Below, in pieces: positions 42,618-53,867 of a DNA stretch of 64,000 nucleotides. The position numbers were made by a program, and so were the translations under genes. Positions within the stretch are counted from its first letter, which is position 1, and each line of letters begins with the position of its first letter. The DNA lies in contig CAXXSL010000008.1 in the NCBI GenBank assembly GCA_963675525.2, forward strand, positions 32,001 through 96,000, given 5' to 3'. The notes under the pieces are model-generated. The model made no database searches. It was not told where the DNA came from and saw nothing but the letters and a program-made list of their open reading frames with translations. This DNA comes from Anaerohalosphaeraceae bacterium (lineage in GTDB: Bacteria; Planctomycetota; Phycisphaerae; Sedimentisphaerales; Anaerohalosphaeraceae).

Positions 42618-44684
42618 TTAATCATGAAAATATATGGGACTTTGCTGTTCAAGAAGCGACGCCTGATCACCGGTCGTCAGATAGACATCCACCCTCGCGT
42701 TCGACTGGTTATCCCACCGGAATGTCATAATCGAACGGGCCGGAATACTGCTGACGACCCATTGGCTGTTCCATTCCAGCTTCAGAGTATCATTCGACGA
42801 ATGGGGATTAACAGCATACAGCACGAGCGAGTCGTCTGTGTTTTTAAATGCAACCGTCTGCACGTTTCCATTGGCCGAATCAATTCGAACGGCTCCGGGA
42901 TGAAGGAATTTACTGGCGTGCCCCAGCGCATAATAATGCGGACGCGGCGAAACCTGCCGGTTCGATTGATTGATCGTTATGACACCATAACAGGTATCAC
43001 AGCCGCCGGCGATCTTCGGGCCGTTGTTTTGATCCAGGGCCAGATTCCACTTGACGATCGTCTTGGCCCAGTTTCGCAGTGTATCAACCATAAAGGTTCC
43101 GTTGCGGATCAGGTCCGCGTCAAAACCGCCGTCATTCCAGGTGCCGTCGGATCCTTCGGTAAAATATGCTGCCTTGTTCGGATAAGCATTGTGTACCGTG
43201 GTTTGTGCCGATACGTTTCCCCCATAGTGGTGCCAGGCAACACCGTCAATATAGGGTCTTGCCTGGGAATCACCCAGCACAGACAGGGAAAAATCCGTAT
43301 TGTCCCAGTTATGATCCCAAACGAGTATTTTAGTCGAAATATTATTATTCTGAAATGCCGGGCCCATTTCCTTGACCAGTTTGATCTGATCGGCCGGTTC
43401 CATGCGGCAGCCCGCATACGACCACGGTTCATAGTAGGGTTCATTCTGAAGCGTGACCGCATCAATCGTAATTCCATGTGCCGCATAGGCCTGAACATAC
43501 TTTACAAAATAATTCGCATAGGCGGGGTATACGTTGCTTTTCAAGCTTCCTCCCCCGATATGCCCGCTGTCTTTCATCCACACCGGCGGACTCCAGGGAC
43601 TGCCCATGATCCGCACATTCGGATTGATGGCAAGAATTTCCTGCAGCGTCGGAATGATGTAATCCTCATCATAAGCAATTGAAAAATAATTCAGATTATA
43701 ATCGGTTGTCACACCGCCCGGAAGATCGTCATAACTATACTCCTGCAGGCGAAAATCAGATGCCCCCATCGGCTGGCGTAGATAACTCAAGCCGATACCT
43801 TCGTCCGGATCGAACAGATCGGTCAACACGGCCTGCCGCTCGGAAGCATTCAGAAATTCATAGATCAGCCAGGCGGACGAGTCAGTCAAAGAAGCTCCGA
43901 ACCCCTCGATCTCCTGATAGGTTACCGACGGGTCGATCGCAATCGTTTCCGCATCTACAGGAATCTGCCAGGTCAGCCAATTCTGAGCGAAAATAGCCAG
44001 ATCATCAATATTAATAATATCGTCATCATTTAAGTCGTATTGCGGAGCCGACTGCTGCCAGAAGTCGGACAGATGCATATAATCCATATAATCAACATAG
44101 AAGTCGTTGTTATAATCCGGATCATGGCCGACCAACAGTACGGCATTTTCGAACCAAACACTTCCGGTCCCGGGATCGCACGAGAATTCAACTTTTACCT
44201 GGGCAGTTCCGGCAGGAGCCGTTGCAGCCAGTGTATAGCCGGCCCAGGGATGCGGGATGTCGTAACCGCCCCCGTACGCCGCCGGATTAACCGTGCTCGA
44301 AGTCGCTGAAGTTATTTCAGCGCCAGAACCATTGAGAAAGGTCATTGACATGGTACCCGTAGGAAGCCACCATGCATCGGCACCGCTTAAAATCGTGAGG
44401 ATGTACTCCGTCCCGGCTGTTGCCGAAACGGTCTGGTAGAATCCGCCGCCGCCATCACCGCTGGCACCGGCCACCAGATAATAAGAACCGTTATAGGTAA
44501 CGCCTGCATTATTTTCATGATTGGCCCAACCATTTCCCCAGGCCCATGGCGTCCAGCCGGAGGGTGGATTCCCGTTATTCGGGCTGTTGAAATTGCCGTT
44601 GGTCAGCAGATTTGCCTGGGCAGCAATGCTCCCCACCAGAAACATCACGATTGCAATTTTTATGAACCCGTGTCTTTTTATCAT
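42618..44684 (-). CDS. Modular GH30 (endo-beta-1,6-glucanase-like) with N-terminal CBM-like domain and dockerin-like pair
   Basis: GFGASLTDSSA, MGASDF, TLQNEP, WDHNWD, AWHHYGG, FTEGS, WNLALD, GGCDTCYG; start may be 44723. Confidence 0.85.
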   Translation of the reverse strand: MIKRHGFIKIAIVMFLVGSIAAQANLLTNGNFNSPNNGNPPSGWTPWAWGNGWANHENNAGVTYNGSYYLVAGASGDGGGGFYQTVSATAGTEYILTILSGADAWWLPTGTMSMTFLNGSGAEITSATSSTVNPAAYGGGYDIPHPWAGYTLAATAPAGTAQVKVEFSCDPGTGSVWFENAVLLVGHDPDYNNDFYVDYMDYMHLSDFWQQSAPQYDLNDDDIINIDDLAIFAQNWLTWQIPVDAETIAIDPSVTYQEIEGFGASLTDSSAWLIYEFLNASERQAVLTDLFDPDEGIGLSYLRQPMGASDFRLQEYSYDDLPGGVTTDYNLNYFSIAYDEDYIIPTLQEILAINPNVRIMGSPWSPPVWMKDSGHIGGGSLKSNVYPAYANYFVKYVQAYAAHGITIDAVTLQNEPYYEPWSYAGCRMEPADQIKLVKEMGPAFQNNNISTKILVWDHNWDNTDFSLSVLGDSQARPYIDGVAWHHYGGNVSAQTTVHNAYPNKAAYFTEGSDGTWNDGGFDADLIRNGTFMVDTLRNWAKTIVKWNLALDQNNGPKIAGGCDTCYGVITINQSNRQVSPRPHYYALGHASKFLHPGAVRIDSANGNVQTVAFKNTDDSLVLYAVNPHSSNDTLKLEWNSQWVVSSIPARSIMTFRWDNQSNARVDVYLTTGDQASLLEQQSPIYFHD

Positions 44685-44792
44685 TTGTGTCCTTTGCGTG
44701 TCGTTATCTGACGGTTCCAGCATTATTGAGTCGGCATTCTGCTAAAAATCGACCAATCATTTACATTATCACACCGAAGCCGTTAAAATCAA

Positions 44793-44820
44793 GCCCCCGG
44801 TAATATTATATACCGAGGGC
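44793..44820 (-). terminator. Intrinsic terminator after the PEP-CTERM gene
   Basis: GCCCTCGGTA-loop-TACCGGGGGC then TTGATTTT. Confidence 0.6.
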
Positions 44821-44883
44821 CTGCTCATTGTGTTCAACCATTCAATCAGCTGATTTAATGTCACTAATGCAACCCATTACAGA

Positions 44884-45501
44884 TTACACTTTGCGGCGTC
44901 TGAGCAATAATCCGCCAAGACCCAACAGTGCAAGCGTGGCCGGTTCGGGAACGACGTCCAGGTTGGCATTGTCAAACCGACTGGTTCCGCCGTCTGCAGC
45001 AGTCCAGCTTCCCAGTACCGCCCTGACCGTTACGGTACCTGCAGGTGCTGCAGCAATAACACTGCGAGGAGCCCAAGGTTGTGCAACAGCTGCATCGTAA
45101 CCATTTGCGTAAATCCAAGTTTCCGCAAAATCGAGCTGAACAGCCCCAGCATCATAGAACTCAATTTTCACATAGGCGTCGGGTTTCCACCAATCGTCCA
45201 GAGCTACATCGACGGTCAGTTGGTACGTTGCACCATCATCCGCTACGGCAACGTCCTGCCAAATGCCATTGTTGATGGCACCTGCATTACCGATCGCATA
45301 GTGAAAGTTTTCGGTGTCACCATAGGGGCCATTGGCTGCTGTCTCGCGGTTAACCCACCCACCAGAATTCCACTCGTTCCAATCAGCTGCGTTCAGCGGA
45401 TCGACACCGTCATCAAGGGAAAAGTCACCATTTGACAACAGGTTTGCATTCGCAATGCCAATCATTGCGAGTAACGCAAATAAAATTAGTATTCTTTTCA
45501 T
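44884..45501 (-). CDS. PEP-CTERM surface protein with a single CBM-like domain
   Basis: Signal peptide; C-terminal VPEPATLALLGLGGLLLRRRKV. Confidence 0.92.
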   Translation of the reverse strand: MKRILILFALLAMIGIANANLLSNGDFSLDDGVDPLNAADWNEWNSGGWVNRETAANGPYGDTENFHYAIGNAGAINNGIWQDVAVADDGATYQLTVDVALDDWWKPDAYVKIEFYDAGAVQLDFAETWIYANGYDAAVAQPWAPRSVIAAAPAGTVTVRAVLGSWTAADGGTSRFDNANLDVVPEPATLALLGLGGLLLRRRKV

Positions 45502-45618
45502 CTTTCCATCCTCTCAAAAAACTGCCATTTGGTTAGTACGTACTACACAAGACACACTACTTCACACACACTTCACGATATACACATCGCATTGACGTTA
45601 TACACAACTTGGCTTTTC

Positions 45619-45658
45619 AAAAGGGCTCTCCCTGCCGGATAAGCAGGGAGCCCTTTTA
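45619..45658. terminator. Intrinsic terminator with T/A tracts on both sides
   Basis: AAAAGGGCTC(TC)CCTGC-loop-GCAGGGAGCCCTTTTT. Confidence 0.7.
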
Positions 45659-45676
45659 TAATACGTCATTTATGCA

Positions 45677-47712
45677 TCAGGGTTGAACACTGGTATCCGT
45701 CAGCCACTCAGAAGCAAGTTTTGCGAAATCATTCAGATCCACGATGCAGTCGCCGTCCAGATCATACGTTGGTGCTGTACCCACGGGACAAACAGCCGTA
45801 TTCATTATAGTTGCATACGTCTGGGCGATCTCGGCAGCGCTCCGTGCATAGTTCCATATCTCGACTTCATCGTAGGTTCCGGCGATAAACTGGTCGTCGA
45901 TTCCGGCCGGGTTCTGTCCATAACGCCCGGCAATCGATACACCCGAAGCCGTTGGAGTAATGGTTCCGGTCGCGTCGTCACCTTCTGCCGATTGGGGAGC
46001 ACCATCAGCAACCCACCAAACCAATTGGACAACACCGTCAACATAAATCTTCCTGCTTGTGCCGTCATAGGTGGCCACGACATAGTGCCACTGTTCATCA
46101 AAGGGGGTGTCGAGGGAAGGACTGCCTTCAGTTCCGCCGCTAACCGCAGCTAAACCCCGCGTGGTGAAGCGGACACGCTGGTCTCCTATAGCGCCGACAT
46201 TTCCGCGACGCAACTGCCAGCCTTCATCGTCGTCGCCGTTACGAGCGACAAGGGGGGACCAGTCTGGAACATCATTGCTATCGGATATAATCCAGCAGCC
46301 AACTGTCATGTTGTAGTTGCAAATATCAAAGTACGTCGCATTCGGGTCGGTATAAAGCATATCCTCCGCACCCGTATCCGCATCGAAGGCCATACCGTCA
46401 CCGGAAATACCTATGGCAACAGCAGGATCCCCGACCACCGTTGTAGCCGTCGCGCTGCCGCCAATCGAACTGTTTGTCTCGCCCGCTTCAAATGACCAGT
46501 GAGCGATCTGGCGTTTGGTACCTACGACGGCTGTACTCGAAACAATAGCAGGTTCGGTGCCAATAGGCAGTGTAGCGTCATTTGTAATCTCGCAGTAGTA
46601 AGACCCATCATCGGTCGATTGGGTGCCGACAATTAACAGTTGATCCGAATCGGTCCCAACAGCCGTGTCGGCGCCACCGTCAACAACTTTATACCACTGG
46701 TAGTGTTCTGGTGAAGCTGACGTTACCGCCACTGAAAGGGTTACATCCGTTCCCGCATCGACGAGCGTATAGGGCTCCGGTTGTCCGATAACCTCCGGTA
46801 TAGATAGTTGTGTATAAAACTCCCATGTGGGACCTGTGACCTCCGTTGCATCATCCTTAACCATATCGACACGCCAGAAATAGCGCCCGTCTAAATCCAG
46901 GTTGGAGGCCGGCGTGTATGATTCCCGCGCAGGGCTTCCAACCCAACCTTCAGGAACGTCAGCAACAAAGTAAAGGTTCGGATCGGTAGTGCCGTTACTC
47001 ATATAAAGTTTGTGTGAAACCAGATTCGGATCCACAACTCCATTAGGATCAGAGACAGCCCAGGAGAGAGGGTTGGATCGACCGGTACCGCTTCTTCGCC
47101 GTTGGCCGGGTCCGGATCATACGGCGGATACGGATTGTTTTCCAATGTAAAAACCACGTTGTCAAAACCGACACTTCCGGTCGCATTGTTGGCCGCAAGT
47201 TCGACTTTCACGAAGAACGCGCCCGCAGGAGCCGTCGCGGTCAGCGAATAGCTTTCCCATGGATGCGGAATGTCAAATCCTCCCCCGTACACAGCCGGGT
47301 CAACGGTGTTCCTGATATCCTCACTGACGATGTTGTTGGGGTCCAACAGGTCCTGCGTGTCGCTGCGCAGCCAGATCATTGCCATGGTCCCGGTAGGAAG
47401 CCACCACGCATCGGCACCGCTGTCAGTAGTCAACGTGTATTCCGTTCCTGCTGTTACCGGGATGAGCTGATAGTATCCGCCACCGCCACCACCGGAAGCA
47501 CCAACAGCTATATGATAAGTGCCGCCGGGAGAACCCCACCCGGCTATTTCCGTATTGGCCCATCCATTACCCCAAGCCCAGTTTACCCAGCCCGTTGCCG
47601 GATCCCCGGTACCCGGAAGTTCGAAATCACCGTTCACCAGCAGATTGGCCTGAGCTGACATACCCAGGATTATAATCATCAATAGGCTACATAGTACCAA
47701 TCCTGTTTTCAT
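45677..47712 (-). pseudogene. Frameshifted exported protein: CBM-like + Ig-like + LamG + dockerin-like
   Basis: ORFs 46999-47712 and 45677-47035 join as PVDPTLSWAVSDPNGVVDPNLVSHKLY if one CT is removed from the CT tract at 47064-47070. Confidence 0.8.
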
Positions 47713-47836
47713 AATAGCACCCTTTCTTAGAAACTTCTCTTCTTTTTCACCTGACTCCACGTCAAAATCTTTTAAATTCAAATAAACAATGACTTTTTTT
47801 CTTTTTCAAAAACAACATTAATTTTATTGATTTTTC

Positions 47837-49543
47837 TTAGGGCAATGTCAAACCGAAAACCGGCTCGGCAAAACCGCAGGTATCAAAGTGATTGGCAGGA
47901 GAACCTTCCACATTAATATTCCCGCCATCGGTAACAACCAAAGTTAAAAAGCGGTCCGTATCGGTAATGTCCACCTGAATATCATATCCCTGGTCAACTC
48001 CAAGACCCTTTCTGACATCCTGAATCTGACCATCCACCAACACCCATACATCCACCTCTGAGTAATCCGGTGTATTATTTCCCATACGGATAATCCCGGC
48101 AAAAGCCGAAAAAGAGGAAATCCGGAGGCCCGGAACCACCTGTCGTACGGCATTTAAATCCACCGTCAAACCGATATTGCTGTGAAGATATAGAACCCCG
48201 GAATCCTGAAATTGTTTCCGGGATTGCTCAAATGTCTGCTGAAGTGCATCAAAAAACGTCCAGTCTTTATAACACATGATATTGGAGAAATACAATCCAC
48301 TTGTTTTTGGGCATTCCCGGAACTGATGTCCGGCCGAACTGATGAGCGTGTCTGGATCTCCGCTGCCGGGAACAAAGATGCCGTCCAGATATGGACTTGA
48401 CGGGATTCGGATAATCTTTCCCGGTCCGCTTCGATACCAGCCAAAGTCGCTCGAAACCGCAGCGCCGGTAGCAGGGTCGTATTCAATGCTCTGCTGAGAC
48501 GCTGTTCCAAATCCGTTACCGCCAAGGAGAAGGTCCGTAAGACGAATAGGATTCTGGCCTTTCCAGACAAATTCCCTTTTGGAATCAATATTTCGGACCA
48601 ACGCCTGTTCATCCAAAGCAATGGCCTGTATGTTGGAGTTGCGAGAATCAACCTTGACCGCAGAACCGGCTGTCAATAGCTGGGATATTTTTCGTTCATG
48701 CTTTTCTCCGGCAAAGACATTAGCCTTGCCTTTGTACAGATGCACTTCCGTATTTCCATCGATATGACTGAGAATGCCGAATTCCGTGCCCAAATCAACG
48801 ATTTTTGAATTCGGTGTAATCACAGAGAAACCGTATCCCTGTTCAGAAACATGTGCAAACAGTTTTCCATATTTCATCGAGACTTCAGCGTACGACGAGA
48901 AATAAAATTCAGACGGTGCCTCCAAAACAATTTCAACCTGATCGTCAGTCTGTAATTTTACGATTCCTCGAGTCAAACGGATCGGTTTAGAACTGGATGT
49001 AATTCGGGTGCCCTGACTGGTTGACAGACCTGATGACCATTCCGCATCGATGGAATCGAAAACCGTTGCCACTTCATAAGGAGCAGGAGGAGCCAACCGG
49101 ACATAAATGATCATTAATAAACTCGCCGCAGCACAGAGAATAGCAGTCGCTAAAGAAAATTTATTAATCGTGCGAACAGGTCGTTCATGCCGAATCTTTT
49201 TTATGGGCTGCCATTCTGTAGTCTCTTTGGGTTTCGTAATTTCTATTGCGGCAGCATGCTTCTCATATTCCGCAAAATCCCACAATAAATCCATTTGCTG
49301 TTGCGGTCCCAGTTTACTCATGAATTCCGTATCTAACCCCTGTACAAATTCCGGCTGTGACAAGGGAACTTGTGCCAGGCAATGGAAATAATCCAGCTCT
49401 CTTGAAAGATCCACATAATACTCCAGTGCCTGTCGGTTCTGATCCAAGAGTGATTCCAACTCCGCAATGTCCTCACGGCCGGCTGCCCCATCATAGCAGC
49501 AAAGCAATAGCTCTGAAATCCTCATGTACTGACGGTCGTCCAT
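47837..49543 (-). CDS. FecR-like anti-sigma factor with C-terminal NPCBM-like sensor domain
   Basis: TM, LTRGIVKL, LEAPSEF, TPNSKIVDLGTEFG, LHSNIGLTVDL, DRFLTLVVTDGG, FAEPV. Confidence 0.85.
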   Translation of the reverse strand: MDDRQYMRISELLLCCYDGAAGREDIAELESLLDQNRQALEYYVDLSRELDYFHCLAQVPLSQPEFVQGLDTEFMSKLGPQQQMDLLWDFAEYEKHAAAIEITKPKETTEWQPIKKIRHERPVRTINKFSLATAILCAAASLLMIIYVRLAPPAPYEVATVFDSIDAEWSSGLSTSQGTRITSSSKPIRLTRGIVKLQTDDQVEIVLEAPSEFYFSSYAEVSMKYGKLFAHVSEQGYGFSVITPNSKIVDLGTEFGILSHIDGNTEVHLYKGKANVFAGEKHERKISQLLTAGSAVKVDSRNSNIQAIALDEQALVRNIDSKREFVWKGQNPIRLTDLLLGGNGFGTASQQSIEYDPATGAAVSSDFGWYRSGPGKIIRIPSSPYLDGIFVPGSGDPDTLISSAGHQFRECPKTSGLYFSNIMCYKDWTFFDALQQTFEQSRKQFQDSGVLYLHSNIGLTVDLNAVRQVVPGLRISSFSAFAGIIRMGNNTPDYSEVDVWVLVDGQIQDVRKGLGVDQGYDIQVDITDTDRFLTLVVTDGGNINVEGSPANHFDTCGFAEPVFGLTLP

Positions 49544-50073
49544 TACAGAATCCCCTCCTCACGGAGTGCCCGTTTTACACAGAGATTAAGGGTATGGTGA
49601 ATCCTGGCCAAATGCTTATAAACATACTGGATGGACCGATCCAGTTGAACAGCCAGGTTATTAGCATTATAATTCAGTTCATAACGAGCCTTCAAAAGAC
49701 GTTGATCTCCCGACTTGAGTTTTTCAATGCATTGACGAAGGTGCCCAATTCGATCATCGGTCTTGTCCTGCTTTTCTTTTGCGGTTTCGCTGATTTGCTG
49801 AAAGATATTCTCACTGAAAACAAGGCGGTCTTTTCCTTTTTTCTTGCGGAAGTCCAGAATGCAGTAATAGGCTACTTTTAAACCCCAAGCCGCAAAGTCA
49901 GTCCCAACTTCAAAACCATCAAACTTCTTCCACATTACGGAAGTTGTTTCCTGCATAATATCATCCGCATCACTAAAATTCGGAACAACAGACAGAATAT
50001 AGGAATTGATTCGTCGCTGATTCGCCATCAGCAATGATAAAAACACTTTTGTCTTTGCGTTATTAGATTCCAC
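49543..50073 (-). CDS. ECF sigma-70 factor (Rhodopirellula/Verrucomicrobium type)
   Basis: DADDIMQET, WKKFDGFEVGTDFAAW, LRQCIEKL, VYKHLARIH; stop overlaps the FecR start. Confidence 0.9.
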   Translation of the reverse strand: MESNNAKTKVFLSLLMANQRRINSYILSVVPNFSDADDIMQETTSVMWKKFDGFEVGTDFAAWGLKVAYYCILDFRKKKGKDRLVFSENIFQQISETAKEKQDKTDDRIGHLRQCIEKLKSGDQRLLKARYELNYNANNLAVQLDRSIQYVYKHLARIHHTLNLCVKRALREEGIL

Positions 50074-50580
50074 ACAAACCCTCTCTTGAACGTTCTCTCG
50101 CTATGGTATACTGTCTACTTAAATACGTCTTAAACACCCTTGTTCTCTACGGAAAAATTTAAAAACATAGTACAATTCTTATATCTTTCTAAGTTCTGTA
50201 CAACATTTAAACATGAATAGATTTACGGCTGAAAACTGCTTATGTCATCGTTTTTTTCAATTCAGAAAGAGGGGTTTTTAGACTGTTCTCAGGATAGATT
50301 CGCAAATAGCCTTGGACTATTCTGTAGCTTTTTATCGATGCAGGAAACCGAACACGCGATAATTATGGTCCACATTTCCTGTTTCATAGCTGAAGATCAC
50401 ACAAGAACATCGTAGAAGATGCAATATATTTCGTCGGGGACAATTCTAATTCATTTAATAACAAGTGATTAAGGAAGAATTATAAATGCACCTTGCGAGA
50501 TGACTTAATCCCTCGGCGCCGCCGATATCAGCGTTGGCACTCTGGATGATTATTTGCATCGTACAACAATCAACACCTGT

Positions 50581-53500
50581 TTATTTCAGGTACACATCAA
50601 TTCGCTTAATTGCCCGCTGTCGGACCTGTTCGGCCAAGGTACCTGTCACCTCGGAAGCGACAACTTCATGCTGATTGTCCAGGATATATTTGGCCGGCCG
50701 AACTCCATTCGTGCCATAGGTGTTTTGTCCTTCAGGATTATGATAGACCAGGAGAATCTCTCCCAGCAACGCACAGGCAAACGCATTTTCCGGAATGCGG
50801 ATCGGCTTTTCGTTCCAATGAACATCGACGGCCTTTTGGGTAAACCATCCGGCAGGTAACGCAGGTCGCAAGGCAAAGCATAATTGTCCATCGCGCAGTG
50901 TGAACGGCTGCTTGCCAACCGTTAGTAATAACCAGATATGAATAAATTCAGCCGTCGTACCACTGAGTCGTGCGACAAAACCACGTCCGCGTGCCTCGGG
51001 GTCAGGGCAGTCCGAAGAGGCAATAAACGAACTGTTTTCAAGGATACTGCGGCCATATACTTCCGGATCCATGAACGGCACCAGCATCGTTTCTGCATCG
51101 GCATAAAATTCCTGGTAGAGGTCGTTATTGACCAATTCCAGCAGATATTTGGTTGACATGTGAAGCCAGATGGATTCATTTTCAAACCAGCCGCGACTGA
51201 ATGTGCGTGCCCTGCCGATTTCAGGTGAGCAGCTTTCCAGACACTCGTTCAATTTGTACATTCGAAGTTTCTCGTCCAGTAAAGGGCTTTGGCGAACAGC
51301 CTGATAAATTTCTTTGGCCTTCTCTCTCGAACAGACCCTGAGCCAATGCACTTGCCCCTCAAGAAATAACGGCAGCGCTTTGGCTTCAAAACGACTGATA
51401 TCCACATACGTCGACCCGTCCGGTCGATAAGGCTTTTTGCGGTCGTTAGCATCCAGAGGACGATGATAATAATACGTATGCACCAAACCAGACTTCGAAT
51501 CGACCGAACGCTTCAAGCCCTTTTCGAATCGAGAAACGATCCCTTCGAGCAACTGCTGAAGTTTCAGTCCGGAAACTTCTGTCAGTTTGTCGGAGCGATT
51601 CCTGTATATTTTCTCGCGAAATGCTTCCCGAAGTTTACTTGACCGATCCCAATCGTATTCTTTTTTCAAGTCTTTAGTGACATCTTCGATCAGTTTTGAT
51701 ACCTCAACCGGCAGATCGATAGCGGGCATTTCCGGAAGAACTGCAAGCAGCCATTTTGCCAGGCGCAGGGTTTCAATGGCTTCACAGGTTGATGACCCAA
51801 ACAGGCCGGGAAGACCATTCATGGCGTCGTTCCATCCGGGCCTGCCCGCTTCCATTTCTATGCCCCGTCCTTCATAGTCCAGGGAGACTGCTTTCAGGGC
51901 CAGTAATGCACCGATTTTCGCAAGGATCGTTACCTGCGGAAGATCCGTCGGTCGCTTGGCAGCATCCACAATTGCTTCTAACTGCAACGGTCCATTTTTG
52001 CGTCTTAGATATTTATTTTTCCGTTCAACCACTTCGGCCGGCTCAAAAAACCACCCGATATCCGCCAAAGACGTCAGCATGTCCTGAGTGCGATCCGGGT
52101 AAACAGAATGAAACGCTTCAAGAAGGTCGAGAATATAAGTCCAGTGGTCGATCCAATAACCTCCTTCGTGACCGGAGGCAACTAACTTAATCTCACAATG
52201 TGATAAGATGTCATTCAGCCATTGAGACCGATCGGGAATATTCACATTATAGTAATTCGCCCATATCAGAACTTCCCCGGGAAGAAAACACCGGGAAATC
52301 AGTTTTTTAAATGCCGTTCGTGCCTCCCCGTCAATCGCTGAACACCATTGCATGGAATCAGTTTCCTCATTGAGACGCCACAGATACCCTTTAATCGAGA
52401 GTGGATTATAACCGTCAGCCTGAAGTAGGCTGGCCAAACATCCGAATCTCCCGGTCCAGCACTTCAGGATAAAACCACACATCATTTCTGCGGTTCTGGC
52501 AGATATCACGATAGTTTCCTTCTCCGCTGGACAGCGGACAGGCCGGCAAGTCAAAGTAATTATAATCCCGTTCGGCATCCCCGTGTCGACGGGAATACAG
52601 GTGCATCAGAGTTGGACCCCCCTGAGAAGGCAGGACCACAGGAACACCTCCCCGCATGACATTATCCAGATAATTTTGTCGGGCATATGCATCTAATTGG
52701 GGGTTAGAAGAAACCATAAAGGCCGGTTGTGTTATTGAGCGAATCAGTTGACGGCTCTGCCGTGACTCCGTTTCAAAGTCAGACAGCGTCTTATATTCTG
52801 ATAAAAACCGCAACAGCATTGAATCGCTCGGAGCCATTCCGGACAGGGCCACAATGGTTGTTGTCTCTGCCGGTTCTAATTTCACATTAAAAGGTGACAT
52901 GGCGCAAGGCAGTTTGTTTTCAGAGACTTGCCGCTTTTCATCCAGTACCATGCTTTCAATGAAATTATGAGGGGTAACCAAAGATTGACTGGCACCAAAA
53001 ATCAAATCCGAATCATAGTAGGGCTTTATCGGCAAAAGACGTTCCTCGTCACTGCGCCAGGACGCATAAAAATTGCCTTTTCGAACTTCTTCAACTTCCG
53101 CCTCGTCATGTGCAAGAACTTTAGCGGCATAAAAAGGAATATGCTCTGAAACCATACGAACTGAAGCGTAGGCTTCATGGATACGGCGCATTGTTTTAAT
53201 GCCAACATCCGTAAAACCGGCCGGTATGATCAGCGGCAATCCGTCGAGGCAATCCAATCGATGTGGTTGCGAAGAAATATTAGTGATATTCAGCACTCTG
53301 GCAAGAGTTCCGACAGGTTTGTTGACAGGAGAAAAATACGTCACTTCGAATCGAAGCCCTAATGTTTGATTTTCCTCCTGGATAACAAGACGATCCATCT
53401 CAACCCACATGTCCCGCTGCAGATGATACTGTTTGGAAGCGGAATCATTCTGAAACGGTTCATAATACCGGCCGTCAATCTTACAGAAGGTACGGAAACC

Positions 53501-53788
53501 CTGTATCGCGGTTAATTGATAAGCCCAATTAGCTGGAAGGAACTCTACAACGGCATTGTCTTTGTTGCCGATGCCAAACGACGAAATGGCTTGTCCGCGA
53601 TTCACATACAGGCACCATAAGGGTACGCCATCCGGACCGCCGATACCGGGCAGAAAACTTGCGAAAGCCGGTTTTCGGTCATATTGTTTGATTTGAAATC
53701 GACCATGCTCATCTAATAAGTACTCATCGGATGGATTCATGTTTGCTGTTTTAGTCGTCATTTTGTAATTATGAATATTTGTCGCCAT
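50581..53788 (-). pseudogene. GH161-like beta-1,3-glucan phosphorylase with a one-base frameshift
   Basis: FASFLPGIGG, YVNRGQ, YSRRHGDAERDYN, QNRRND, LQADGYNPL, YWIDHWTY, MEAGRPGWNDAMNGLPG, WFENESIWLHM, GFVARLSG; extra G at 52434-52435. Confidence 0.8.
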
Positions 53789-53867
53789 CGCTGCTCTTTT
53801 GTATCGTTTAAAAGAAATATTAAATCTACCTGTCTTGTTCTATATGAATAACCAATGAATCTTTTCC

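Noticed and set aside
42624..43682. 352-aa antisense ORF, and similar ones at 11611-12492 and 23336-24019
   Set aside because: Shadow frames of well-supported genes, with no recognisable motifs
45520..45610. GT/AC-rich low-complexity leader of the PEP-CTERM gene with small palindromes
   Set aside because: No recognisable riboswitch or regular repeat
50160..50580. Long intergenic region between the phosphorylase and sigma genes as a possible sRNA
   Set aside because: No convincing promoter-terminator pair or structure visible by eye
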